This document shows, one piece after another, positions 37,582 to 47,243 of a stretch of DNA of 64,000 bases. This DNA comes from an uncultured Candidatus Saccharibacteria bacterium (lineage in GTDB: Bacteria > Patescibacteriota > Minisyncoccia > UBA6257 > Colwellbacteraceae), in assembly GCA_964643135.1 (NCBI GenBank), contig CAZXPC010000003.1, positions 6,152 through 70,151 of the forward strand, read 5' to 3'. A program made the position numbers and the translations under genes. Every line of letters begins with the position of its first letter. Within the stretch, counting starts at the first letter, position 1. The notes below the pieces were generated by a model that did not search any database, was not told where the DNA came from, and saw only the letters and a list, made by a program, of their open reading frames with translations.

Positions 37582-38031
37582 GGATTGGTCTGATATTGAA
37601 TTTTTCGGGGTATGTGGTATGTTTTATAAATCCGCCTTGTTGGCTGGAGCCAACTCGCATCACAGGCGGCCGGAGAGAAGAGAATGATCGGTACCGACGA
37701 AATGGGCTTGGGGTTCGCGCAAGAACCCACGACGACGCAGCCGGCGAATGAACAGCTCACGCCAGCGGGGAGTTCCCACTCAAGCATCGTCACGGACCGA
37801 GACAGACTTCGATCGTTTTCCGTCAGCCAAGGACGGCGGGTTCGGGAACGAGCTCGAAGGATCTAGGACCGCAAGGGAACATCGCGGCATTGATTAGGTG
37901 AGTCGACTGGCAAGAGCCGGTCTTCCAACTATCGTGCCGCCCTTTTTTTTCAAAAAAAAGAAGCGAAGAGTTGAGGATGGTAGAATCCCATCATAAATCT
38001 CGTTCGCTTGAGGCTTCGCTTCACGCTGCTT

Positions 38032-39045
38032 CTAGGCCCGCGTCGGGTCGCAGTTCACGACCTTGCCCGCTACGCTCGAGTAGAGGTAGAAGTCCGGGCC
38101 GACGTTGTCGAGGTGCGCGTCCGAAGACACGAACATCCACCCTGACTGGACCCAGGAGTAACCCAGGTCGTTCGGGTGTGCCGCGACTGCGCTGTCGTAG
38201 TCGGCTTTCGACTGGTAGAAGCGCGCGACTCCGGCTCCCTGGGCATTGCACGTGAGTCTGGTGACTCCCGTGTCGTGCCCGGTGAAGCGGAACGGTCCGC
38301 TCAACCCTTGCGCCAGCGTGATGACGTCGGCGCCGTAGTTGAGGTAGGTTCCTTTCACTGGGGTGGCCGGGGCTCCGCTGCCGGATGTCGTCACGTTGTT
38401 GATCTTCTCGATCGTGATGTGCCAGTTGGTCGTCCAGGGGTTGTAGTCCCGGAAGGCCATATGGTCAGCGTTCGGGTAGTTCGAGGCGTTCTTGAAGCCC
38501 GAACAGTCCGAGAAGATCATTCCCGAGAGAGCATTCGCTTCCCCAGGAGCGTTGTCGAGCGCGCAGCTGCCCAGAGGAACTGCCGTGGTCAGGTTGACCG
38601 CGAGTCCGCCGAAGCTGCCGATCGAAGCCACGACGAAGTGTTCTCCGAGCTTGCGAACGCTGACTTGGTTCGGAGCGGTGTAGTTCGTTGCGTTCCACCA
38701 CTGGTCTAGATTTGTCACCTTCGCGTCCTTGAAGTCCGCGATGGTGCCGATGCCGCCATCGAGCGTCCACGATTCCGTTGCCGCAGCTGGAGGGCTGGGC
38801 GCAGAATCCGCGGGGTTGTCGTTCGCGTGGTTCGCCGCGACAGCTGCCGCGATGTCCTCCGCGCTTGCCGGGGGAGTCGTCGGGATCTGGTGGAGGAGCT
38901 CGTTGTTCTCCTTGCCGATATCGATCAGCTTGTTGGCCTGGTCTGCGGTCATGCCGTCGGATTCCTTCTTTGCCGCACATCCCGCGAGGGAAATGGTCAG
39001 GAATAGCGTCGCCACCAGGGCGATCATCTTGGGGTTGGGCTTCAT
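38032..39045 (-). CDS. Lipoprotein (lipobox LAGC), hypothetical, high-GC (about 62%) gene
   Basis: N-terminus MKPNPKMIALVATLFLTISLAGC gives a signal peptide plus lipobox Cys. No recognisable domain. Several long antisense shadow ORFs overlap it. Confidence 0.65.
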   Translation of the reverse strand: MKPNPKMIALVATLFLTISLAGCAAKKESDGMTADQANKLIDIGKENNELLHQIPTTPPASAEDIAAAVAANHANDNPADSAPSPPAAATESWTLDGGIGTIADFKDAKVTNLDQWWNATNYTAPNQVSVRKLGEHFVVASIGSFGGLAVNLTTAVPLGSCALDNAPGEANALSGMIFSDCSGFKNASNYPNADHMAFRDYNPWTTNWHITIEKINNVTTSGSGAPATPVKGTYLNYGADVITLAQGLSGPFRFTGHDTGVTRLTCNAQGAGVARFYQSKADYDSAVAAHPNDLGYSWVQSGWMFVSSDAHLDNVGPDFYLYSSVAGKVVNCDPTRA

Positions 39046-39257
39046 TTCAAGTGTCCTCCCGTTATCAAGGTGCTGGCTTAACAGAGTCTATACTCCCGTT
39101 AGGGAGCTAGACTAGCTAGCACCTCAAACGAGTGTGGGACTATGTAAACATACATACGCTATTCTTGTCAAGTCCCCAGGAAACTTAGTGGCCTTTATAG
39201 GCCTTGACAAGACATTGGAGATCTGTTAATCTAAACCGTCAAAATATAAATAAGACT

Positions 39258-41387
39258 ATGATGATAAACCCAAAAAACAAGCAGACCGCCGGTTTCGGAG
39301 CGATGCAAGTCGTAATTGTAGTCGGCGTGGTGGCCGTTCTGGCCTTGTTATTCTTCGGTTTGCCGGGCGGAGTTAAGGATTTCTTCGCTAAATTAAAGGG
39401 TGGGACCGCTTCGATCTCCAGCTTTGGTGATTTTCAGAAAGACGCCAACAATAATATCAGCATCGACAGCGTGGCGGACACGATGGTTAAGGATTTGATG
39501 TCGGTTCAGACTATGGCTAAGGCGGAAACTGGGGACAAGAAAGACGGCATCTGTTTCAAGAATCCGGCTGCCGAAACCGATTTCTATAATATAGTTTCTA
39601 ACATCTCCGGCACCGACGCTTGCGATAGCGCGGCTTCGATTGTCAATGTCGTTTCTTTGCCGAGCGGGATCAGTATTGTAGATCCAGCCACTGGCAGCAA
39701 TAAATCTATTGTTTTCCAGAAAGACGGCACCTCTGTTGCCTCAACCGATCAAACTATTAAAATTGCGTCTTCAACTGAAACTCGAATTGTGACGGTTACG
39801 CCGTCCGGCAACGCAACTTTCAGCGTCGGCGCTCCTAGCACGGCTTCAGCCGGGGCTTCATCGGGATCGGGCGGGACCACAACTATCATCAGGACAGTAA
39901 CCGCGGATAATACCGGCCAGATTAATGCTCTTAGCAATGTGGCGAACGGCTTGGCCAATGTTTTGGGTTCGATTAGGACCCTGCAGAATCAAAACACTGT
40001 TGTCACTGTCCCGGTTCCTGTTCAGGTCCCTGTGCCGGTCAATGTTACTTCGGGCGCTCCTTCTCAGCCTTCGAATCTTTACGCTCAAGGAAGCTACGGC
40101 TATATTGCATTGAATTGGACGGTTTCAGCCGGCGCTATCTCGACCTATAAAATTTATCGCAGCCAATATCCCGGCCAGGAGTCGTTCTTAGCCTCGGTTG
40201 GAGCGATTAATTATTACGCCGATTACAGCGTGGCCGCCGGTTCGACCTACTACTACAAAGTTACGGCCGTCAATACAGCAGGGCAGGAGAGTCCGCTTTC
40301 AAACGAAGCGTACTCGGCCGCTTATGTTCAGAGTCCTGTTACTTATTACACACCCGTTCCCGTTCCGGCTCCGGTTCCGCAGCAGCCTCAGATTTTTCAA
40401 CCATCGGTGCCGACTATTGTTTCGGCTGCCTATTACCCGGGCAACGGGGTTGTCTTGAACTGGCTCGCTCCACAGTCTAACGGTAATTCTTATATCGTCG
40501 GCTACAGGGTTTATCGCAATATTTCGGTGGTAAATTCCAGCTTGATTTACGATTCAACTTCTCAGAGCACAACCTACACCGATTCAAGCCTGGCGCCGAA
40601 CACTAACTATTGCTACCAGATTAGCGCCAAAAATCAGCAGTACGAAAGCCCACGGTCAGCCGCGCAATGTGTTTATACTTATGTAGCTCAGACCCCATCA
40701 CCTACTCCTAGCCCGAGCCCAGCTCCTCAGACCCCGACTTACTACTCTCCTTATCCGTCATCGACGCCTCCTGCGACTTACTACTACACTCCCGGAACTT
40801 CTACGAACCAGACGCCTACTTACTATTCTCCGACTTCGTACTCGAACCAGCCGGCTACTTATTACACTACTAGCGGCTCTTCAACACCGGCGGCCACTTA
40901 CTACACAACCGCTCCGAACGGAACTCAAGCTGCTACTTACTATACGACTAGCGGTTCGGGTACTCCGTCGGCAACCTACTACACGACTTCTTCGACATCG
41001 GGTACGCCATTAGGAACCTATTACGCAACGTCAGGATCTACTAGCGGCACTCCATCGGCCACTTACTACACAACTAGTGGTTCTTCAACCCAGGCAGGCA
41101 CGTATTACGGTACCCAAACTTCGACCACTCCAGGAGCGACTTATTACACAACCAGCGGCAGCACCAGCTCATCGCCGGCCACTTATTACTCAACTGGCTC
41201 TACCGCTACTCCATCAGCAACTTATTATTCGACAGCTAGCGGTTCGGGTACGCCGAGCGCTACTTATTACACTACTAGCGGCTCTTCAACGCCGGCTGGA
41301 ACTTATTACACAACCGCTCCGAGCGGAACTCAAGCCGCGACTTATTACAGTTCTTCATCAACTCCATCGGCGACTTACTACCCCTAA
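39258..41387 (+). CDS. Large secreted/surface protein with two fibronectin type III-like domains and a C-terminal Tyr/Thr/Ser-rich tandem-repeat region (ATYYTTSGSSTP-like, about 20 units)
   Basis: N-terminus KQTAGFGAMQVVIVVGVVAVLALLFFGL is a signal anchor, possibly pilin-like. FN3-like blocks (..LNWTVSAG..YKIYRS..YYYKVTAVNTAGQES.. and ..LNWLAPQSNG..YRVYRN..YCYQISAKN..). Imperfect tandem repeats at about 40740-41390. The TTGACA-17-TAATCT promoter is at 39204-39232. The ORF-track start at 39204 is an upstream TTG extension. Confidence 0.7.
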   Translation: MMINPKNKQTAGFGAMQVVIVVGVVAVLALLFFGLPGGVKDFFAKLKGGTASISSFGDFQKDANNNISIDSVADTMVKDLMSVQTMAKAETGDKKDGICFKNPAAETDFYNIVSNISGTDACDSAASIVNVVSLPSGISIVDPATGSNKSIVFQKDGTSVASTDQTIKIASSTETRIVTVTPSGNATFSVGAPSTASAGASSGSGGTTTIIRTVTADNTGQINALSNVANGLANVLGSIRTLQNQNTVVTVPVPVQVPVPVNVTSGAPSQPSNLYAQGSYGYIALNWTVSAGAISTYKIYRSQYPGQESFLASVGAINYYADYSVAAGSTYYYKVTAVNTAGQESPLSNEAYSAAYVQSPVTYYTPVPVPAPVPQQPQIFQPSVPTIVSAAYYPGNGVVLNWLAPQSNGNSYIVGYRVYRNISVVNSSLIYDSTSQSTTYTDSSLAPNTNYCYQISAKNQQYESPRSAAQCVYTYVAQTPSPTPSPSPAPQTPTYYSPYPSSTPPATYYYTPGTSTNQTPTYYSPTSYSNQPATYYTTSGSSTPAATYYTTAPNGTQAATYYTTSGSGTPSATYYTTSSTSGTPLGTYYATSGSTSGTPSATYYTTSGSSTQAGTYYGTQTSTTPGATYYTTSGSTSSSPATYYSTGSTATPSATYYSTASGSGTPSATYYTTSGSSTPAGTYYTTAPSGTQAATYYSSSSTPSATYYP

Positions 41388-41389
41388 TT

Positions 41390-42331
41390 TTATTTTGGCT
41401 GACTTCTCCTTTTGGAATGAAAAGCTGAATGAACCTCCTTCAGCTCTTTATTCGTGACATGGGTGTAAATCTGGGTGGTCGAAACATTGCTGTGGCCCAA
41501 GAGTTCTTGAACTGATCTCAAGTCTGCGCCATTCATCAGCAAGTCGGTGCCGAATTGGTGCCGCAAAGTGTGAGGTGTTACTTTCTTAGGGATGCCGGCC
41601 GCTTTGGCGTAGTGGGCGATTAGGCGCTCAATACTGCGCGTGGTGAGCCGGCCGATCGGTTTTGGGTCGGCGGCTTTGGTGAAGCTAATAAACAAGGCTT
41701 CTTCGGCGTCGAAACGTTTGTCGAGGAAGGCTTTAATTGATTTTTTGGCCTCGTCGGAGAGGAATACTACTCGCAATTTGTCGCCCTTGCCTCGGATGGT
41801 CAATTCGCCGCGCTCGAAATTGTTGTGTCGGTCGAGACTGGCCAATTCGGAGACGCGCAAGCCGGTCGCGAAAAGAGTTTCTAGGATAGCGCGGTCACGT
41901 AAAACTCTAATATCTGAGCCTTTGGGCGCGGCCAAGAGGCGTTGCAGATCAGTATTATCCATAATTTGAATCTGGCGGGCCGGGATTTTTGGCAGTTCAA
42001 TTTTGTCGGGGGAGACAACCTTATAATCGCGTTTCATTAGGAACTTAAGAAAATTGCGGAGAATAATGATGTAGTACGATTGGGTGATTTTCTTGATCGG
42101 GGGAGTGGAGCTGGCGAGTTTGATACGAAATTCGCGGATAGCTTCCTCGGTAATATCGGAGATATTTTTAACGCCGGATGTCTCGGCGAACTTCCTTAAA
42201 TAACGCTCATAATTAGCCCTGGTGCGGGGGGATTTGTTTTTTTCAATCTCTAAATAGTCGAGATATTGCTTGATCAACTTCTGAACTTCAGTCATATTAG
42301 CTGGATTATACCATTCCCCGTTATGCGACAC
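41390..42331 (-). CDS. xerC: Tyrosine site-specific recombinase (XerC/XerD-like)
   Basis: N-terminal SAM-like core-binding domain. C-terminal catalytic HTLRHQFGTDLLMNGADLRSVQELLGHSNVSTTQIYTHV (R..H..R..H/Y signature). Length is 313 aa. Confidence 0.85.
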   Translation of the reverse strand: MSHNGEWYNPANMTEVQKLIKQYLDYLEIEKNKSPRTRANYERYLRKFAETSGVKNISDITEEAIREFRIKLASSTPPIKKITQSYYIIILRNFLKFLMKRDYKVVSPDKIELPKIPARQIQIMDNTDLQRLLAAPKGSDIRVLRDRAILETLFATGLRVSELASLDRHNNFERGELTIRGKGDKLRVVFLSDEAKKSIKAFLDKRFDAEEALFISFTKAADPKPIGRLTTRSIERLIAHYAKAAGIPKKVTPHTLRHQFGTDLLMNGADLRSVQELLGHSNVSTTQIYTHVTNKELKEVHSAFHSKRRSQPK

Positions 42332-42378
42332 AATGCGTTTGACTTTCCGGAAATTTTGGGATAAGATTCAGCCTACAT

Positions 42379-42645
42379 ATGTTAACCACCAGACAGAAGA
42401 AATTAGTTATAAAAGAGCACCAAACCCACGAAAAGGACAGCGGTTCGGCCGCCGTCCAGATCGGTTTGATCTCAAAAAAGATAGATGAGCTGGCTAGCCA
42501 CCTTAAGAAGCACGCTAAGGACAACCACTCGCGCCGGGGCCTTATTAACATGGTCTCAAAGCGCCGGAAACTTTTGACTTATTTGCAGGACAGCTCACCG
42601 CGCAGCTATAACTCGATTACGAAGAAGCTCGGCTTAAAGAAATAA
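42379..42645 (+). CDS. rpsO: 30S ribosomal protein S15
   Basis: GSAAVQIGLISKKIDELASHLKKHAKDNHSRRGL is the S15 signature. It sits upstream of pnp, the classic synteny. Confidence 0.9.
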   Translation: MLTTRQKKLVIKEHQTHEKDSGSAAVQIGLISKKIDELASHLKKHAKDNHSRRGLINMVSKRRKLLTYLQDSSPRSYNSITKKLGLKK

Positions 42646-42788
42646 GAGTTCTGGCAAATTTAGATAATTGCTTTGTTGCGGAGCCTCTCAAACTCATCGA
42701 CGTAGTAATTAATACTACGCCTCTTCGTTTGTTTCTCCGCGCCTAGCACTTATCGAAATTTGCTGCGAACTGAGTTATCATATTTACA

Positions 42789-43322
42789 ATGCCCATAATT
42801 CCCAACAAAGAACAGCGAATCGGAATCTTTATTGATATCCAGAATCTCTACCACTCAGCCAAAAATTTATACAGCGGCCGGGTTAACTATGCCGAGCTCA
42901 TGAAATTTTTGATTGCCGATCGCAAGCTGGTGCGCGCCTTGGGATACGTTGTTAAAAGCGATGTCATGGTGGGCGAAGAAAGCTTTTTTGAGGCTTTGGG
43001 CAAAGCCGGAATCGAATTAAGGATTAAAGATATCCAGGTTTTCCCCGGGGGTGCTAAAAAAGCGGACTGGGATGTTGGTATGGCGGTTGACGCAATCCGC
43101 ATGGCGCCGATGCTCGACATAATATTACTCGTGACCGGCGATGGTGACTTCGTGCCGCTTGTTGAGTATTTGAAATGGGGGTTGGGGCGGGGAGTCGAGG
43201 TGGCCGCTTTTTCGAGGACAACTTCGGGCAAACTCCGGGAAGCCGCCGACCGATTTCTCGACATTGAGTCGATACCTAAGGTATTATTTAAATCAATTTC
43301 CAAGCCGAGGCGGGGCAAATAA
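42789..43322 (+). CDS. NYN domain (LabA/DUF88) protein
   Basis: IGIFIDIQNLYHSAK...LLVTGDGDFVPLVEYL matches NYN/LabA-like acidic-residue spacing. Confidence 0.8.
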   Translation: MPIIPNKEQRIGIFIDIQNLYHSAKNLYSGRVNYAELMKFLIADRKLVRALGYVVKSDVMVGEESFFEALGKAGIELRIKDIQVFPGGAKKADWDVGMAVDAIRMAPMLDIILLVTGDGDFVPLVEYLKWGLGRGVEVAAFSRTTSGKLREAADRFLDIESIPKVLFKSISKPRRGK

Positions 43323-43332
43323 TATATAAATC

Positions 43333-45465
43333 ATGGACCTAAATAGAAAAAAATTCACGACTAAAGTCGGGGGAGAAGAGCTGACTATCGAAGTTTCAAA
43401 TATCGCCTCGCAGGCGAACGGTTCGGTCATTGCGACTTACGGCGGCACAACTGTTTTGGCGACTGCGGTGATATCCCGCAAGGACAAAGACGTCGACTAC
43501 ATGCCTCTCGCCGTCGACTACGAAGAAAAGTTTTATGCCGCCGGTAAGATTATCGGCAGCCGCTTTATTCGCCGTGAAGGCCGCCCATCAGAGAGCGCTA
43601 TTTTGTCGGGGCGGCTGATCGACCGGACTATACGGCCCCTTTTTGATTCCCGCATTAGGAAGGAAATGCAGGTAGTCGCGACAGTTTTGTCGTACGACGA
43701 GGAGAACGACCCGGATTTTGTGGCTTTGATGGCGGCTTCGGCAGCGCTTTCAATTTCAGATATTCCTTTTAACGGACCGGTCGCCGGGCTCCGAATCGCT
43801 AAGATGAAGGGGAGTAGCGAGATCATGATCAATCCGAAAAACAGCTTGGTTAAGCCCTTGACGGCCAACATCATATCCGACGAGAACCTTGAGTTTGACG
43901 CCTTTGTTTCTGGCCTAAAGGGCCGGATCAACATGGTGGAATTGGCCGGCTCGGAGGCTAAAAAGGAACACGTTATTGAGGCTTATAAAAAAGCGATCTC
44001 AGAATTCGAAAATTTGATTGACTTCCAAAATAAGATTGTTAAAGAAGTGGGCAAGCCGAAGATGGTCATTGAATTTAAAAAGCCGGATGAGAAACTAGCT
44101 AAGGCTGTTGAAAACTTTTTGGGCGGCAAATTAGAAGGCGCGCTTTTCAATCCGGAAAAGGGCGCCATCTATGCTTTGCACGATGCTTTGAAGGCGGATT
44201 TGGTGAAACAGGAATTTGATTCTAAGGCGATTGCTGAGGCCAATCATATATATGAAGATGCCGTGAACGAACTTTTGCACAAGGAAGTTTTGACGAGCGG
44301 CCGCAGACCGGATGGCAGAAAAACAGATCAGGTGAGAGACCTGCATGCTGAAGTGGGAATATTGCCAAGAACTCACGGTTCGGGGCTTTTTGTTCGCGGC
44401 AACACTCAGGCCTTGGCAGTTACAACTTTAGCTTCACCGGGCTCAGAGCAAATTGTTGAGACCATGGAACTTAACGCCAAGAAGCGTTTTATGCTGCACT
44501 ATAATTTCCCGCCCTACTCAGTTGGAGAAGCTCGGTCATTCCGCGGCCCGGGCCGGCGAGACATCGGGCACGGCGCTTTGGCAGAAAAAGCGATTATGCC
44601 CCTCATTCCGAAATCTGACGTTTTCCCGTATACCGTCAGGGTTGTTTCTGAAATCTTGTCTTCAAACGGATCCAGTTCAATGGCGACGGTTTCCGCGACT
44701 AGCTTGAGTTTGATGGATGCTGGCGTGCCCTTAAAATCTCCGGCGGCAGGTATCGCAATGGGAGTGATCATCGATGAATCGACTTTCCATTCGGACAAAA
44801 TGAAATATAAGGTTTTGACCGACATTCAGGGCGCGGAAGATCACCATGGCGACATGGATTTCAAGGTAGCGGGTACCAAAGACGGCATCAACGCGATTCA
44901 GATGGATGTTAAAGTAGTCGGCGTGAGCGTCGATATCTTAACTGACGCTATGAATGACGCTGAAAAGGCGCGATTGCACATTTTGGAAACGACTAATAAA
45001 GTAATTGGCGCGCCGAGAGCGGAATTATCTAAGTATGCTCCGAGAGTTTTGATCTACAACATTGATCCGTCAAGAATCGGCGAGCTGATCGGCCCGGGCG
45101 GTAAAGTTATCAACGGCATTATTGCTAAAACTGGTGCGACCGCGATCGACATCGAGGAAGACGGCAAAGTCTTTATTACCGCGCAGAAAGTTGAAGTGGC
45201 CGAAGCCGCGCTCGCGGAAGTTAAAGCAATTTTTAAAGAATATAAGATCGGCGAGTTTGTCGAGGGGCCGGTTGTGCGCATTTTGGAATTCGGCGCAATT
45301 GTCGACTTAGGCAACGGTCGCGACGGCATGATCCACGTTTCCGAACTTAAAGACGGTTTTGTTAAGAAAGTTGAAGATGTGGTGAAGGTGGGCGATTTTG
45401 TACGCGCTAAGATTGTTAAAGTTGAAAACGGCAAGATTGGCCTGTCCCTAAAGCAAGCTAAATAA
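43333..45465 (+). CDS. pnp: Polyribonucleotide nucleotidyltransferase (PNPase)
   Basis: Two RNase PH domains, then KH and C-terminal S1 (GMIHVSELKDGFVKKVEDVVKVGDFVRAKIV). Length is 710 aa. Confidence 0.95.
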   Translation: MDLNRKKFTTKVGGEELTIEVSNIASQANGSVIATYGGTTVLATAVISRKDKDVDYMPLAVDYEEKFYAAGKIIGSRFIRREGRPSESAILSGRLIDRTIRPLFDSRIRKEMQVVATVLSYDEENDPDFVALMAASAALSISDIPFNGPVAGLRIAKMKGSSEIMINPKNSLVKPLTANIISDENLEFDAFVSGLKGRINMVELAGSEAKKEHVIEAYKKAISEFENLIDFQNKIVKEVGKPKMVIEFKKPDEKLAKAVENFLGGKLEGALFNPEKGAIYALHDALKADLVKQEFDSKAIAEANHIYEDAVNELLHKEVLTSGRRPDGRKTDQVRDLHAEVGILPRTHGSGLFVRGNTQALAVTTLASPGSEQIVETMELNAKKRFMLHYNFPPYSVGEARSFRGPGRRDIGHGALAEKAIMPLIPKSDVFPYTVRVVSEILSSNGSSSMATVSATSLSLMDAGVPLKSPAAGIAMGVIIDESTFHSDKMKYKVLTDIQGAEDHHGDMDFKVAGTKDGINAIQMDVKVVGVSVDILTDAMNDAEKARLHILETTNKVIGAPRAELSKYAPRVLIYNIDPSRIGELIGPGGKVINGIIAKTGATAIDIEEDGKVFITAQKVEVAEAALAEVKAIFKEYKIGEFVEGPVVRILEFGAIVDLGNGRDGMIHVSELKDGFVKKVEDVVKVGDFVRAKIVKVENGKIGLSLKQAK

Positions 45466-45481
45466 GGTGCCCTTATAACTT

Positions 45482-46018
45482 ATGGAATACATTGACGTGC
45501 TCGATGAAGCGGGAACTCCAACCGGCGTTTCTAAGTCCCACTGGGAGATTCATGAGTCTGGCGATTGGCATAGAGCTGTGCATGTTTGGGTGCTTAATTC
45601 GAAAAAAGAATTTTTGATTCAGAAACGCGCGCACCAAAAGGCCAACTTTCCGGATTTATGGGATGCTTCGGTAGGTGGGCATGTCTCGGCAGGCCAAACT
45701 GCAATTGTGGCGGCGGTTAGAGAAACTCAAGAGGAATTGGGTCTTAAAATCAGCCCGGCGGACTTGGAGTACATTTCTACGGCTCGAGAGGAAGCGACTT
45801 TTGATTACAAAGGCAGAACTTATTTTGAAAATTCTCTTTTGGATCTTTATTTGGTGAGAAAGGATGTTGAGATCGCCGAGCTGAAGATGGAAGAGAGCGA
45901 AGTGGCTGATTTAAAGTGGATTTCTGCGAGGGACTTGGAAAAGGCTATAATCGGGAAAGATAAGGATTTTGTTCCCAAGCCCGATGGCTACGCCGAGAAA
46001 TTAATTTCTGGGATATAG
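45482..46018 (+). CDS. NUDIX hydrolase
   Basis: Nudix box GGHVSAGQTAIVAAVRETQEELGL. Confidence 0.8.
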   Translation: MEYIDVLDEAGTPTGVSKSHWEIHESGDWHRAVHVWVLNSKKEFLIQKRAHQKANFPDLWDASVGGHVSAGQTAIVAAVRETQEELGLKISPADLEYISTAREEATFDYKGRTYFENSLLDLYLVRKDVEIAELKMEESEVADLKWISARDLEKAIIGKDKDFVPKPDGYAEKLISGI

Positions 46019-46085
46019 GGCTATCCACACGGGAAGAGATTTTTAATTGTGCTATAATTATTGGAAATATAAATAGTATTAAAAT

Positions 46086-47150
46086 ATGGCACAAAATCCT
46101 GATTACATTCCTCCGTTTGGAGGAGAAGAAAACACTCAGTTTGTTCCGCCTCCTCCACCGCCGAGTTCATTGGGCGGGGATGTCGGCATTAGATCTATGT
46201 CTGGAGACGTCGGCTCAATTCAGAGTTCGGGCGGGCTTGATAATTCAACGAGCCAGAAGTCGTTCAGGCCGAATGTTTTGGGAGGGGCTGAGCCGGTCTT
46301 CTCCCCTCAGATGCCGCCATCGCCTCAAATGCCTCCTGCTAAGGGGCGTGGTTCGGCTCACAATAAGGCTCTTATAATAAGCATTGCCTCGGTTGTCGGA
46401 ATGGTGATTGTTGGGGCTGTCGTATACTTTTTGTTCTTTGCTAGCAGGCCCGCACCGGTGCCCGTGCCGGTACCGGAACCGACTCCGACTCCGGTTACTC
46501 CGCCGACATCAGAACCAACCCCCGTTCCGACGCCCGAACCTACTCCTCCCCCAACTCCACCAACCCCGCCGGCTCCGACTCACGCCAGCCTTTTTCCGGC
46601 ATCAGCCAATGTCGCTTCTTCGTCGGTAACTTTGACCACGCTTGATTCGCCGACTATAAAAGCGGGCATAACTTCTCTTTTCGCTTCAGAAACCAAGGTG
46701 CCGATTTTGAAAGAGATGACTTTCTCTTTCAACAACTTGCTCGTCGTTGCTCCTGATTTTATCAAAGCCTATTTCGGGACCGATCTTACTAATATGTTAG
46801 TTCAGCCGGACTTTACGGCCTTTGGATATAAAGACAAAGATGGAGTTTGGCCTGGTTTTATCTTCGGCTTAACAAGCGATGGCGCAAATTCATTTACTGC
46901 CGGCACAGTTGCGGCCACGGCGACTTTCCCGTCTGAAGCGTTTCTCAATAGTCCAGGAGCGGCCAAATCAACTACCTTTAAAGATGGAGGGAAACCGTCG
47001 CCAGCCTTTGACTTTGTAAAATATCTCCAGTACTCAGTGCCCGGCGCGTCTTTTAACATCGGAGTTTTCAACCTTAACGGCAACAAGTATGTCTTGATGA
47101 GCACCTCGTTCGCCGGTTTTAAAGAAGCCGTGAAGGATCTCGGGTTGTAG
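46086..47150 (+). CDS. Hypothetical membrane-anchored protein with a Pro/Thr-rich linker
   Basis: TM helix ALIISIASVVGMVIVGAVVYFLFF, followed by a PVPVPVPEPTPTPVTPPTSEPTPVPTPEPTPPPTPP linker and a C-terminal domain of unknown family. Confidence 0.5.
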   Translation: MAQNPDYIPPFGGEENTQFVPPPPPPSSLGGDVGIRSMSGDVGSIQSSGGLDNSTSQKSFRPNVLGGAEPVFSPQMPPSPQMPPAKGRGSAHNKALIISIASVVGMVIVGAVVYFLFFASRPAPVPVPVPEPTPTPVTPPTSEPTPVPTPEPTPPPTPPTPPAPTHASLFPASANVASSSVTLTTLDSPTIKAGITSLFASETKVPILKEMTFSFNNLLVVAPDFIKAYFGTDLTNMLVQPDFTAFGYKDKDGVWPGFIFGLTSDGANSFTAGTVAATATFPSEAFLNSPGAAKSTTFKDGGKPSPAFDFVKYLQYSVPGASFNIGVFNLNGNKYVLMSTSFAGFKEAVKDLGL

Positions 47151-47152
47151 AT

Positions 47153-47180
47153 TTGACACGGCACGGGTTCGTGCTATAAT
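47153..47180 (+). promoter_or_regulatory. Consensus sigma70-type promoter (TTGACA-16-TATAAT) upstream of nusA
   Basis: TTGACA at 47153-47158 and TATAAT at 47175-47180. A small GC hairpin (TCCGCC-CTC-CGGCGGA) lies in the leader. Confidence 0.7.
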
Positions 47181-47243
47181 GAAACTAATGAAAGTCCGCC
47201 CTCCGGCGGATTTTCTCCTAATATCAATAACAATAAATACAAA

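Noticed and set aside
37684-37866. 60-aa plus-strand ORF at the start of the high-GC islet
   Set aside because: It is short with no start context, in a GC-rich segment where such frames arise by chance. More likely it is 3' UTR or terminator territory of the convergent lipoprotein gene.
38176-38980. Several long ORFs (177 aa on plus, 171 aa and 76 aa on minus) overlapping the lipoprotein gene in other frames
   Set aside because: They are Arg-rich, stop-free frames typical of high-GC DNA. The lipoprotein frame has a signal peptide plus lipobox and is the coherent one.
40740-41390. Tandem DNA repeats that might be mistaken for a CRISPR array or satellite
   Set aside because: The repeats are imperfect, they lie in frame within a long ORF, and they encode a Tyr/Thr/Ser-rich protein repeat. 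There is no spacer/repeat alternation of CRISPR type. No CRISPR array was found anywhere in the window.
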